A stretch of DNA of 64,000 nucleotides from Verrucomicrobiota bacterium (lineage in GTDB: Bacteria > Verrucomicrobiota > Verrucomicrobiia > Limisphaerales > CANJXF01), in the NCBI GenBank assembly GCA_038214755.1, contig JBBQRQ010000003.1, forward strand, positions 55,059 to 119,058, read 5' to 3'. The notes beneath the pieces were generated by a model. The model was not told where the DNA came from, did not search any database, and saw nothing but the letters and a program-made list of their open reading frames with translations. Position 1 is the first letter of the stretch. Each line of letters begins with the position of its first letter. Positions 19,875-28,860 of this stretch are shown here, in pieces. The position numbers and the translations under genes were made by a program.

Positions 19875-21242
19875 CTACGCGTCCATCAAAATAAAAGTCA
19901 CTTCGGCCTCGCTCACCACTTCTCCATCAACCGTGCAAACACCTTTCGCTTTCCCGATTTTTCCGCGCGATTTCGTCAGCTCGACTGAGATGGTCAACGT
20001 GTCGCCCGGTTTGACAGGCCTTCTCCATTTCACACTGTCGGCCGCCATGAAATAAGCGAGCTTACCGAAATTTTCCGCGCGCCGCATGGTGAGAATTCCC
20101 GCTGCCTGCGCCATCGCTTCGAGCTGCAGCACGCCCGGCATGATGGGGTGATTTGGAAAATGCCCCTGAAAATACGGCTCGCCCATCGTCACGTTTTTCA
20201 CGGCGACGATTTTCGTTTCCTCGATTTGCGTCACGCGATCCACCATTAGAAACGGATAGCGATGCGGCAGGACTTTCATCACTTGATTGACGTCCATGCT
20301 CGTCGCGCTCAACGCCGCGGTCCAATCTTCTCTCGTCGGCATGGGAACGCCTTCGGGCTTCGGCGCGGAGGGCAAGGGAGGGGGCGCGAAAGTCTGCGCG
20401 GCGACCAGCGGCTTGCGCATTTGCGCGGTGATTTGCCGGGCGAGTTCGCAATTGGCGGTGTGACTTGGTTTCACAGCCAACACGTGCCCGGTGATAGGAC
20501 GACCGATCAAGGAAAGGTCTCCGATGATGTCCAAAATTTTGTGGCGAACGAATTCATCCGGATAACGCAACGGCTCGGTGGTGAGAATCGCGTCCTCGCG
20601 AATGACGACGGCATTTTCCAAACTCCCGCCTTTGATCAAACCGTTTTTGATGAGAGCTTCGATCTCCTCGAAAAAACAAAACGTGCGAGCATGAGCCAGG
20701 TCGCGTTCCCAGGTTTCCGGCGAAAGTTCGACGCTGAAAAATTGGGAGAACCGCCCCTTTTTGTCGGCGCTGGTGCAACTGATTTTAAAACGGTCATGTG
20801 GAAAAATCGCGATGACCGATTCCTCATTCTCCAGTTCGATAGGCGTGTGAATCTGAAAAGTTTCACGTTGCGCGCCCTGCGGAACGACGCCGGCGGCGTG
20901 AATGATTTTCACGTAATCGCGCGCGCTGCCGTCGCCAACCGGCGGCTCATTCGCGTCCAGTTCAACGATGGCATTGTCAATCCCGCGACCAGCGAAGGCC
21001 GCGAGCACGTGTTCGACGGTGTGAATTTTCGCGTTGCCCTTGAAAAGCGAAGTAGAGCGGTTGGTCGTGCTGACATTTTCGATGCGCGCTTCAATTTCCG
21101 GTTTGCCTTCGAGATCGAGTCGGCGAAAGCGAATTCCGCCATCCGGCGGCGCAGGCAAAAAAGTCATGTTGACGCGATTGCCACTGTGCAAACCGATCCC
21201 GGAAAAACTCGCGGGTTGCCGCAGGGTTTGTTGCTGTAACAC
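19875..21242 (-). CDS. lpxC: Bifunctional LpxC/FabZ
   Basis: GIGLHSG, TVEH, ARTF, HKILD followed by LPHRYPFLMVD, GHFP, PGVL. Probable GTG start at 21242. Confidence 0.95.
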   Translation of the reverse strand: MLQQQTLRQPASFSGIGLHSGNRVNMTFLPAPPDGGIRFRRLDLEGKPEIEARIENVSTTNRSTSLFKGNAKIHTVEHVLAAFAGRGIDNAIVELDANEPPVGDGSARDYVKIIHAAGVVPQGAQRETFQIHTPIELENEESVIAIFPHDRFKISCTSADKKGRFSQFFSVELSPETWERDLAHARTFCFFEEIEALIKNGLIKGGSLENAVVIREDAILTTEPLRYPDEFVRHKILDIIGDLSLIGRPITGHVLAVKPSHTANCELARQITAQMRKPLVAAQTFAPPPLPSAPKPEGVPMPTREDWTAALSATSMDVNQVMKVLPHRYPFLMVDRVTQIEETKIVAVKNVTMGEPYFQGHFPNHPIMPGVLQLEAMAQAAGILTMRRAENFGKLAYFMAADSVKWRRPVKPGDTLTISVELTKSRGKIGKAKGVCTVDGEVVSEAEVTFILMDA

Positions 21243-21345
21243 TCGCGCATTAGAGCAATCGAAAAGTTCATTGGCAAGCGAGCAGTGCCCGGACTGCGGG
21301 CAAAGAAAATCCAAGCGAAGCTTGTTCGGCGGAAACGCCGATGCG

Positions 21346-24264
21346 ATGCTTAAGCTAGTGAACTTTTTGGGATTTTTTAAAAACTGTCTGGGAATTTTCT
21401 TTCTGGCTGTTTGTCTTTCGTCATTCAATTTATATGGCGGAATCATCCTCGTTAATTCAACCGCTCCGATGGGAGGAACCGGCCAGAGTTGGGCGACCGC
21501 GTTTTCGAAAATTCGAGAAGCGATAAATTCTTCCGCAGCCCACGATGAGATTTGGGTTGCCGCCGGAGTTTATCAGGAAAATCTGCTTCTTCACGAAGGC
21601 ATTATTCTCTTCGGCGGCTTTTCAGGAGTAGAAACAAATCGTTCAGAACGCGATTGGAATATTCATTCCACCGTCATTGATGGGCGCAATCTCGGCCCTG
21701 TGCTCAACTTGCCCTTTCACACTTCAATCCCGACTCGGCTCGACGGCTTTGTGATTCAAAAGGGCCGCGCAGATTTTGGCGCGGGAATTTATTCTGCGGG
21801 TGGAGAATTTATCTCCGCCAATAATTTGATAATTCACAATAGCGGAGACGGAATTTTTGGCGGTGGCGGTCTGTTCGTGGATGAAACCGCGCAACTGGCA
21901 AACGGGTCTCCGATTACTTTTTTCACAAATGTCGCGAGCCAACTTCTCCGACTCCATTCGCCTGGACTGAGCGCGGAGCGAATTCAGGTTTTCCCGACTA
22001 ACTGTTACTCGCCCGAAGTGCATCGCCTGCTTCAACTCGCGGCCAACATTTACGATGCGACGACAAATCGCGGGAGCAGTTATCCCTTCTATCCGTCCGT
22101 TTTTCGTCCGCTCTTTACCAACGAAAGCGGAAATATTTTTATTTCCGGTTATGTAGAGGCCAGCAATACCAACTTTCTCGAGAATCAATGGCTCGACGTT
22201 TCGACACCGGCAGACCGCCAACTCTTGAGCAATCCCTCCATCGCATCGAATGCGAACATCTACGGACAACCGATCACCATCGGGACGAAAAAAGGTTTTC
22301 CGAATTTCAACGAGTTTTCGATGGAAACAATTTCACAGATCACCCGTTCATTGGAATTGCGCAAACCCACGACGAATTCAATTTCAAATGAAACCAACCA
22401 AATGTATTCGCTGATGTTCTCGAATGTGTTCGGTGTGGAAACGTGGAATTCTTATCCGCAAATATTCGCCCGCCCTTTGGAGTTGCATGTCTCGCATAAA
22501 TTCGCCGCATGGATTACCGACGAAACGGGTGCAACGATTTGGCCGACGAGTGGAGTGTGTTTCACGACTAATTTTTCCCCCGTCCCGATGATCGTTTCAA
22601 ACTGGCCAGGCTTTTTTCTTTCAAGTTCAAATTCTTTCGTCCTTCCCTACTTCACGAATATTTTCACGCTTCCGCTTTCTCAATATCTAAGTGCTTCTCC
22701 GCATTTTCAGATCGCCCCATCGAGTGTTGGCTTCGAAAGATTTGTCGGTTTTCCGGTGCCCCAGTGGAAGTTGCATCTAAAAAATCGAATTCAATACTGG
22801 GCGACAGACGCGGAACGAGTCGTGGATTTTGTAAACCTGGGCGAGCAGGTAACTGAGATTGATCTAACGCGGGAATTGTTTGATCCCTTTCTCTACTCTT
22901 CGCCCGTGATTGCTGGAATGTGGGCTACCAATCGGTTAAACGGTTCTATTAATTCTGGCGTGCCGACTCTTGGCATACTTAAACAAATGGTTGTAGCTCT
23001 CGGCCAAATTGCCGTGAACGATTCGGACTGGTATTCCTTCAATGCCACTGCCGGGCCGAATAAGGATCAAGCCATATCAGTGTTTCGGAAGTTCATGGGC
23101 TTCACACCATTTCCGCCGTATCAAAATATTCCGATGCCAACGAACCTGACGATGCAAGCGCCATTTGCTCCGACGCTAAAAATTTATCATCGCGCAAGTG
23201 TGGGAGCGAATGATCCGATCATTCATTTTCTCCTCGAGGATTTGAAAGATGAGACCCTCTCGAGCGTCACTCTCGCGATGGTCCCTCCATCTTCTCCGCA
23301 GCCCAACTCAAATCTCCGCCGTCTTAACGAACGGTATCGGCCTTACGGATTCAGTGCGGACTATTCTTACGATCCTTCATTCGAGGACGAGGGCATTCAC
23401 CATTCGAGAGACTGGGATTTTCCCACCAACAATTTGTTTAATCTGCAATGGCTTGATCGCGTGCATCGAGGAACACCGTGGCAAACCATTTACACCGGCT
23501 TCGATTCCTCTTTATTGAACAACGCCAAAATGGCCGAGTGGTTGGTTTGGTCTGGAAGCCGGGAAACCTATCCGACAAACGATTGGAAAATTGCGGAATT
23601 ACTTTTGAACGAACGGGCGAATTTGGGAACGACCGTCTCAAACGGTTCCCCCGCTTTCGTGAACAACACATTTGCGGCAAATACGGGAATCAATGGCGCG
23701 GCCGCTTCATTCGCTGGTCCGGCATCTTTTGTGAACAATATCGTCGCTGAAAATTCTTCCGGCTTATTTCGTCTTTCCACGACAAACGAAGTCATTTTTC
23801 AAACGAACTGCGTCTTCAACAACGTCCACTATAATTTTTTAAATCTCAGCGGCGGCTCAGGAAATATTGCGGCAAGTCCGCAGTTTGTTTCGGCAGGAAC
23901 CGACAACTTTCATTTGTTGGCGACTTCCCCATGCATTGATGGGGGCAGCGCTGATGCTTTTACTTCGGGTTGGCTGTTGAACGATTCCGCGCGCATGCAA
24001 GGGGCAGGAATTGATCTTGGGGCATTTGAACTCAGTTCGTTGGATAGTCCCGTGGTCACTTCCCCAACGATTTCTCCTGTGTCGAATCAATTCACATTTC
24101 AAGTAACCGGATTTACCGGCGAACGGTATGTCGTTGAAATCTCCAACGATCTGATTCAGTGGATGCCGCTTTCAACAAATGTGACCACCAATGGTTTTTT
24201 CCAGATCAATGACGCAGTGAGCGTTGCATCAAATCGTTTTTATCGAGCCGTCCGCGCGCCTTAG
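21346..24264 (+). CDS. Secreted beta-helix/choice-of-anchor-Q-like protein with a large inserted domain and C-terminal 'RFYR' domain
   Basis: Hydrophobic N-terminus, GQSWATAF...IWVAAGVY, FHLLATSPCIDGG...DLGAFE, ends SNDLIQW...RFYRAVRAP. Confidence 0.75.
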   Translation: MLKLVNFLGFFKNCLGIFFLAVCLSSFNLYGGIILVNSTAPMGGTGQSWATAFSKIREAINSSAAHDEIWVAAGVYQENLLLHEGIILFGGFSGVETNRSERDWNIHSTVIDGRNLGPVLNLPFHTSIPTRLDGFVIQKGRADFGAGIYSAGGEFISANNLIIHNSGDGIFGGGGLFVDETAQLANGSPITFFTNVASQLLRLHSPGLSAERIQVFPTNCYSPEVHRLLQLAANIYDATTNRGSSYPFYPSVFRPLFTNESGNIFISGYVEASNTNFLENQWLDVSTPADRQLLSNPSIASNANIYGQPITIGTKKGFPNFNEFSMETISQITRSLELRKPTTNSISNETNQMYSLMFSNVFGVETWNSYPQIFARPLELHVSHKFAAWITDETGATIWPTSGVCFTTNFSPVPMIVSNWPGFFLSSSNSFVLPYFTNIFTLPLSQYLSASPHFQIAPSSVGFERFVGFPVPQWKLHLKNRIQYWATDAERVVDFVNLGEQVTEIDLTRELFDPFLYSSPVIAGMWATNRLNGSINSGVPTLGILKQMVVALGQIAVNDSDWYSFNATAGPNKDQAISVFRKFMGFTPFPPYQNIPMPTNLTMQAPFAPTLKIYHRASVGANDPIIHFLLEDLKDETLSSVTLAMVPPSSPQPNSNLRRLNERYRPYGFSADYSYDPSFEDEGIHHSRDWDFPTNNLFNLQWLDRVHRGTPWQTIYTGFDSSLLNNAKMAEWLVWSGSRETYPTNDWKIAELLLNERANLGTTVSNGSPAFVNNTFAANTGINGAAASFAGPASFVNNIVAENSSGLFRLSTTNEVIFQTNCVFNNVHYNFLNLSGGSGNIAASPQFVSAGTDNFHLLATSPCIDGGSADAFTSGWLLNDSARMQGAGIDLGAFELSSLDSPVVTSPTISPVSNQFTFQVTGFTGERYVVEISNDLIQWMPLSTNVTTNGFFQINDAVSVASNRFYRAVRAP

Positions 24265-24351
24265 TTTGTTCCCGAATTACCCCCATTTACCCATGCGAAA
24301 TTATTTTTGCTCGCCAGCTTGAGCAACTCATCACGCTTTTTTTCTCACCTC

Positions 24352-24395
24352 GCAAAGTAAATGTCCCTGTCCAACCTTGCGGTCAAACAGGGACA
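24352..24395 (-). terminator. Intrinsic terminator-like hairpin
   Basis: Minus strand TGTCCCTGTTTGACC-GCAA-GGTTGGACAGGGACA followed by TTTACTTT. Confidence 0.7.
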
Positions 24396-25222
24396 AAAAT
24401 GGGGATGGGAGTTCGCCACTCTCTCTTTCCCGCGCTGACATTTGGCGCCAAATTGGCTGCCAGCTTCCCGACGCCATTCTCCACGGCAAGCGGAGTTTTT
24501 CTCGGCCTCATAGCAGGGCCGTCCAGCGCTTTGCAGCGTCTGAATTTTTGAGTGAGGCCTCTTGGCTCGCTTGGGCTGGCGTTTGCGGACGCCAACTCGC
24601 GAACCGGGTGAAGACACGTTTGTGATTTGCGTATCCGCGTCTTCACCATTTGCCCTGGGTCGGCCATCGCTTTTGACGATGCGTTGCCCCAGTGCCACGG
24701 GTCTGACCTCTTACCTCTCAGGTTGCCTTTCGCTCACAAGTCAGCGGCGTCGTTTTTAACACCGCCGACGTTTTGGAAGTTTGACGAGCCTTGCCTGGGC
24801 TTCGTTTCCTTGCCGGTGCGCGCGCTCATTTTGTTGCGTCTTTCGACGTTTTTCGTTTGGCAGATTTTGTTTTGCAAAACCGCCAGAGTCGCTCGCTCCG
24901 TGCTGGCGCACAGTAGCAACCGTTTACCCTCCGGGTAACTGCGATTCGCTCAAACTCGAAACGGGTTTGAACTACTTGACTCGGCTCGAAACGGTTTCTA
25001 ATCGCCTCTCGCCGCTCAGTTCCTTCTTCGCGTTACTGGCACGCGCGAACGTGTCAGAGGAACTGGTGAATCCTGCCTCCATTTTTGAATCTTGCGATTC
25101 GAACCTGGAGGGGTTGAGCCAACCAGCCTGACTCGACCTTTCCCCGGTCGCCCGGGATTATCCTTGAGACGCCTTGCAATTTCTTTCGTTCTCACCGGCC
25201 ATCTCAGCTCTTTCAATGAACT
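24352..25222 (-). ncRNA. Candidate large structured non-coding RNA (~870 nt), family not recognised
   Basis: No credible ORF. More than ten stems, several GNRA tetraloops and G-U pairs that work only on the minus strand. Upstream -10-like and boxA-like motifs; downstream terminator. Confidence 0.7.
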
Positions 25223-25260
25223 GCGAACATCCTAATGAATTTTTAAAATATTTCTACGAA
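25210..25260 (-). promoter_or_regulatory. Putative promoter and boxA-like element of the candidate ncRNA
   Basis: AT-rich stretch, TAGGAT (-10-like, 25229-25234), then GTTCATTGAAAG (25210-25221). Confidence 0.4.
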
Positions 25261-25533
25261 TTCTTATGCACAGGCTTATTCGCTGAATCGTTTCGACGGA
25301 GGATTTGAAAACGACTGAAGCGTCGAGGAGGAAGAGCGCACAAACCGTTTTAAATTTTTGTTATTCACCAAAAAAATCTTCGGGATTTACCGAGGGTGAA
25401 TAAGTTTTTTTGCGGAGAGAATTACTTTTCAAAGTTTTTTCGGCCACAACCTCTTTGTAGCTGCGTCTCGTAAGAGCGCGGATTAAACCAATCGCCATTT
25501 CTTAACCGTAACTATTCAGCGGAGAAAGTTGCT

Positions 25534-25725
25534 CGCCCTCACCCTACCCTCTCCCCCGAGGAGAGGGAATAGTATCAGCGTTTCTCGAAAGTTAGAAAGC
25601 TCGAGGTGTCATTGCCGCCTCTTCATCAATCGACGAAAAACGGACAGAAGAATCCGGTGACTTCGTTTTTACATAAGCGCGGCAAACGTTTCTCCCTCTC
25701 CTCGGAGGAGAGGGCCGGGGTGAGG
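25534..25725. repeat. ccctctcc...ggagaggg palindromic repeat pair
   Basis: Two hairpins in opposite orientation; same family at 59301-59450. Confidence 0.75.
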
Positions 25726-25913
25726 TCGAGCGTTTCTTTTTTACTGAATGGTTCGGGCTTCAAGCGGGTGACGCTGCAATTCAGTAAACGCCTCTTTTCA
25801 ACGCAGAGGTCGCAAAGGTTCTCGCAGAGGAGCGCAGAGAAACAACCTTTGCGTCCTCTGCGACAACCTCTGTGCCCGCTGCCTTGAAACCGGTTGGAAA
25901 CACACGACTGCGC

Positions 25914-27275
25914 CTACATCTTCGCAATGATGTTGTCGCCAAACTCGGAGCATTTAATTTCGGTCGCGCCTTCCATCTGTCGCGCGAAATCGTAGGTGAC
26001 GCGCTTGGAAGCAATCGCGCCATTGAGTCCTTTGATGATGAGATCGGCGGCTTCGGTCCAGCCCATGTATCGCAACATCATTTCGCCGGAAAGAACGACT
26101 GAGCCGGGATTGACGCGGTCTTGATTCGCATATTTCGGGGCGGTGCCGTGCGTCGCTTCGAAAATGGCGTGACCGGTGACGTAATTGATATTCCCGCCGG
26201 GTGCGATGCCAATTCCACCGACCTGCGCGGCGAGCGCATCGCTCAAATAATCGCCATTCAAATTCAACGTGGCGATGACATCAAACTCTTCCGGTCGCGT
26301 AAGAACCTGCTGCAAGACGATGTCGGCGATGGCGTCTTTGATGAGCACCGCGCCATTCTTCAAAGCGGCTTTCTGTTCATCATTGGCGGCGGCTTCACCT
26401 TTTTCCTTTTTGGTTTTTTCCCATTTTGCCCAGGTATAAACTTTGTCGCCGAAAATCCGTTCCGCGGCGGAATAACCCCAATCACGAAATGCGCCTTCGG
26501 TATATTTCATGATGTTTCCTTTGTGAACGATGGTGACGCTTTTGCGTTTGAACTTCAGCGCGTATTCGACGGCCGCTTTGACCAGACGAATCGTGCCGAT
26601 ATTTGAAACGGGTTTGATACCAATGCCGACTTGCACAGGAATGTGCGAAGTGTCGTGATCCGGCGAAGCGAGTTTCATGTACTCGGCGATTTTCTCTTTG
26701 GTGCCAAAACGAATTTTGCTGAAATCCTTTGGAAATTCCTTGGCGAGAAAGCCCAAAACCTTTTGCGCTTCGGGCGAACCTCCGACGTATTCGATGCCCG
26801 CGTAAATGTCTTCCGTGTTCTCGCGGAAGATGGTCATGTCCACTTTTTCGGGATGTTTCACGGGCGAGGGAACGCCGGTAAAATATTGCACCGGGCGCAG
26901 GCAAACATAGAGATCAAGCATTTGGCGCAAGGCCACATTAAGCGAGCGAATGCCTCCGCCAACCGGCGTGGTCAGCGGGCCTTTGATGCCGACGAGAAAT
27001 TCCTTGAAGGCTTCAACAGTATCATCGGGCAGCCAGTTATTAAATTTTTTGAAAGAAGTTTCGCCAGCGAAAACTTCAAACCAGGAAATTCTTTTGTTGC
27101 CGCCGTAAGCTTTGAGAACCGCAGCGTTAAAAACGCGTTCGCTGGCCGCCCAAATATCCGGCCCAGTGCCGTCACCGCGAATGAATGGGATAACGGGATT
27201 TTCGGGAACGTTCAGCTTGCCGTTGGCGATGGTGATTTTATTTCCGGCGGGCGGGGTGATGTTTTGGTAGGGCAT
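25914..27275 (-). CDS. icd: NADP-dependent isocitrate dehydrogenase
   Basis: [59 protein letters not shown]. Confidence 0.98.
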   Translation of the reverse strand: MPYQNITPPAGNKITIANGKLNVPENPVIPFIRGDGTGPDIWAASERVFNAAVLKAYGGNKRISWFEVFAGETSFKKFNNWLPDDTVEAFKEFLVGIKGPLTTPVGGGIRSLNVALRQMLDLYVCLRPVQYFTGVPSPVKHPEKVDMTIFRENTEDIYAGIEYVGGSPEAQKVLGFLAKEFPKDFSKIRFGTKEKIAEYMKLASPDHDTSHIPVQVGIGIKPVSNIGTIRLVKAAVEYALKFKRKSVTIVHKGNIMKYTEGAFRDWGYSAAERIFGDKVYTWAKWEKTKKEKGEAAANDEQKAALKNGAVLIKDAIADIVLQQVLTRPEEFDVIATLNLNGDYLSDALAAQVGGIGIAPGGNINYVTGHAIFEATHGTAPKYANQDRVNPGSVVLSGEMMLRYMGWTEAADLIIKGLNGAIASKRVTYDFARQMEGATEIKCSEFGDNIIAKM

Positions 27276-27368
27276 AAATTAAATTTTGGCCGAAAGGAAA
27301 ATGGGGGTGGCAGAGGAAAGCAAGGAAAGAAACTTGCTGGCAACGCCGCCAACAATTAACTTTCCAAC

Positions 27369-27716
27369 GTGACGCTGGAACTGATCGATTTGGACACGCT
27401 CAAGGAAGCAGCCATCAAAAAGTTTGACGCCTCGGTTGCGCACCAGGCGGAGGGAGGTTCCATGGATCGAGAGGTGGCCCAACTTCAGGCGGAATTTGAG
27501 CAAATTTATCGAGTCGTCGTGTTGCTTCAGAAGAATGAACCAAATATGGAGCGAGTGGCAGAGATCTGGAGCAAAATGGTCACAGTCTGCGATGAATTCG
27601 CGCGACGGCTTTCCGACTGGGCCGGAAAACATCCCGCCTCCCGCGCGCCCTATGATCGAATTCTGGACATGCGCAATGCAGCGGAGGAGCGTTACCAACT
27701 CCACCGGCGCGCATGA
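27369..27716 (+). CDS. Hypothetical helical protein
   Basis: 115-aa ORF, ATGA-coupled to the next ORF. Confidence 0.6.
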   Translation: MTLELIDLDTLKEAAIKKFDASVAHQAEGGSMDREVAQLQAEFEQIYRVVVLLQKNEPNMERVAEIWSKMVTVCDEFARRLSDWAGKHPASRAPYDRILDMRNAAEERYQLHRRA

Positions 27717-27931
27717 TTCCAGCCGGGCAAATCGCGCGGCTCGCCGAACTCTACGACCGCTACAATAATGCGCTTGACCCGGTTTCCCGCGATTGCAAGG
27801 AAGCTAAACTGGAATTTGACGAATTGGCGGACAGCCTGTTCGCGACTCATGCCTCGGATGTAAAATTCATCGACTTTCGTTACGAGCTTGTCTCGCGTTG
27901 TCGGGAATATTTGCGAAAGAATCGGGCGTGA
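27713..27931 (+). CDS. Hypothetical small protein
   Basis: 72-aa ORF translationally coupled to the upstream ORF. Confidence 0.55.
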   Translation: MIPAGQIARLAELYDRYNNALDPVSRDCKEAKLEFDELADSLFATHASDVKFIDFRYELVSRCREYLRKNRA

Positions 27932-28054
27932 AGTTTGAGCGGGACTATCCTTGCAACGCACCGGAGAATATTTTTACCGACATAACTGCGACAAATTCTT
28001 CGAGCTGCTTCTTCCGCATCAGAGTGGAGTAATTGCGGGAATTCAAAAGACGAC

Positions 28055-28297
28055 TTAAGCCGGCTTGCGCGTTCTGCGCGAAAGCATTTCCACGCGGCCA
28101 ACGTGTTCGTAGGGAATTAGATTCAAACCGCCAGGGACGCCTTCGGGTAATTCGGTAGCGACGACGATCATATCGGAGCCAACGAGGATGAAATCCGGAT
28201 GCGGGACCCGCAAAGTTTTACCATTGGCCAGATGCAATCGAAATGGCTTGAAGGGCCTGGTCCGAACCCGGTCGCGCACTTCTTTCGGCGTGAACAT
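28055..28297 (-). CDS. Small hypothetical protein (PFxPFxxxLxxG...HPD family)
   Basis: RPFKPFRLHLANGKTLRVPHPDF; paralogous to 44787-45017 and 45034-45267. Confidence 0.8.
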   Translation of the reverse strand: MFTPKEVRDRVRTRPFKPFRLHLANGKTLRVPHPDFILVGSDMIVVATELPEGVPGGLNLIPYEHVGRVEMLSRRTRKPA

Positions 28298-28403
28298 GGA
28301 ATTAAGATAAGCGGTTAAGAAAAACGCTCAATCGTTTTGGAAAAACTTTATTCAGTGAGTTCTCTCCCAGTTGAAGAATATTCAGCTATGACCTTCAACC
28401 AAT

Positions 28404-28634
28404 TTATTTGAGGCGTTTGACGGAGGGGATTTTGCGCTCGAACTTCAATAATTCGTTTTCGAGCCGCAGTTCAAGTTTCTCCAGATCGTGGCGCTGCTTC
28501 TGGGCTAGCAATTAGATGGCAATAGCAAGATCACGCAGTTCACGGCGAATTTCTTTAATCTCGGTTTTATTCTCGCGTGTGGCGTCAGCCAACGTCAACA
28601 AGTTGGTGAAATAATCGAACAGCTTTTTCCACAG
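28404..28634 (-). pseudogene. Coiled-coil small protein with internal stop
   Basis: Manual translation LWKKLFDYFTNLL...AIAI*LLAQKQRHDLEKLELRLENELLKFERK; TAA at 28512-28514, CTG at the apparent start. Confidence 0.55.
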
Positions 28635-28636
28635 GG

Positions 28637-28816
28637 TCAAGCGGCCTTCAATCCCGCGATTATTGTGCGGGTTTCACGTTTGAGCTTCTCGATTTCCGCC
28701 TGATCTTTTTTCATTTGTTGAAAGACTTTGGTCAATGCAGCCTCGCATTTCGCAATGCCGGATTCGATTTGCGAAGCCTCGTCATCGCTCAACTTAATTT
28801 CCACTGTCTTTTGCAT
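28637..28816 (-). CDS. Small coiled-coil hypothetical protein (59 aa, absent from ORF track)
   Basis: MQKTVEIKLSDDEASQIESG...MKKDQAEIEKLKRETRTIIAGLKAA*. Confidence 0.6.
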   Translation of the reverse strand: MQKTVEIKLSDDEASQIESGIAKCEAALTKVFQQMKKDQAEIEKLKRETRTIIAGLKAA

Positions 28817-28860
28817 AACGACTATTTAACTCAAAATGTAATTTCTACAAAACGCTTTGT

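Noticed and set aside
21034..21446. Long N-terminal extensions of the 1076-aa ORF and of lpxC-fabZ
   Set aside because: They overlap head-to-head; realistic starts are about 21346 (+) and 21242 (-).
24345..25216. Short ORFs in the candidate ncRNA region
   Set aside because: They overlap on both strands, mostly have weak starts and show no recognisable motifs. The pattern is better explained by RNA structure.
24352..25222. RNase P RNA, tmRNA, rRNA fragment or group I/II intron as the identity of the structured region
   Set aside because: I could not find GAGGAAAGUCC/ACAGAA.CCGGCUUA, tRNA-like ends with a tag ORF, a group II domain V, or group I P7 motifs. No host gene is interrupted.
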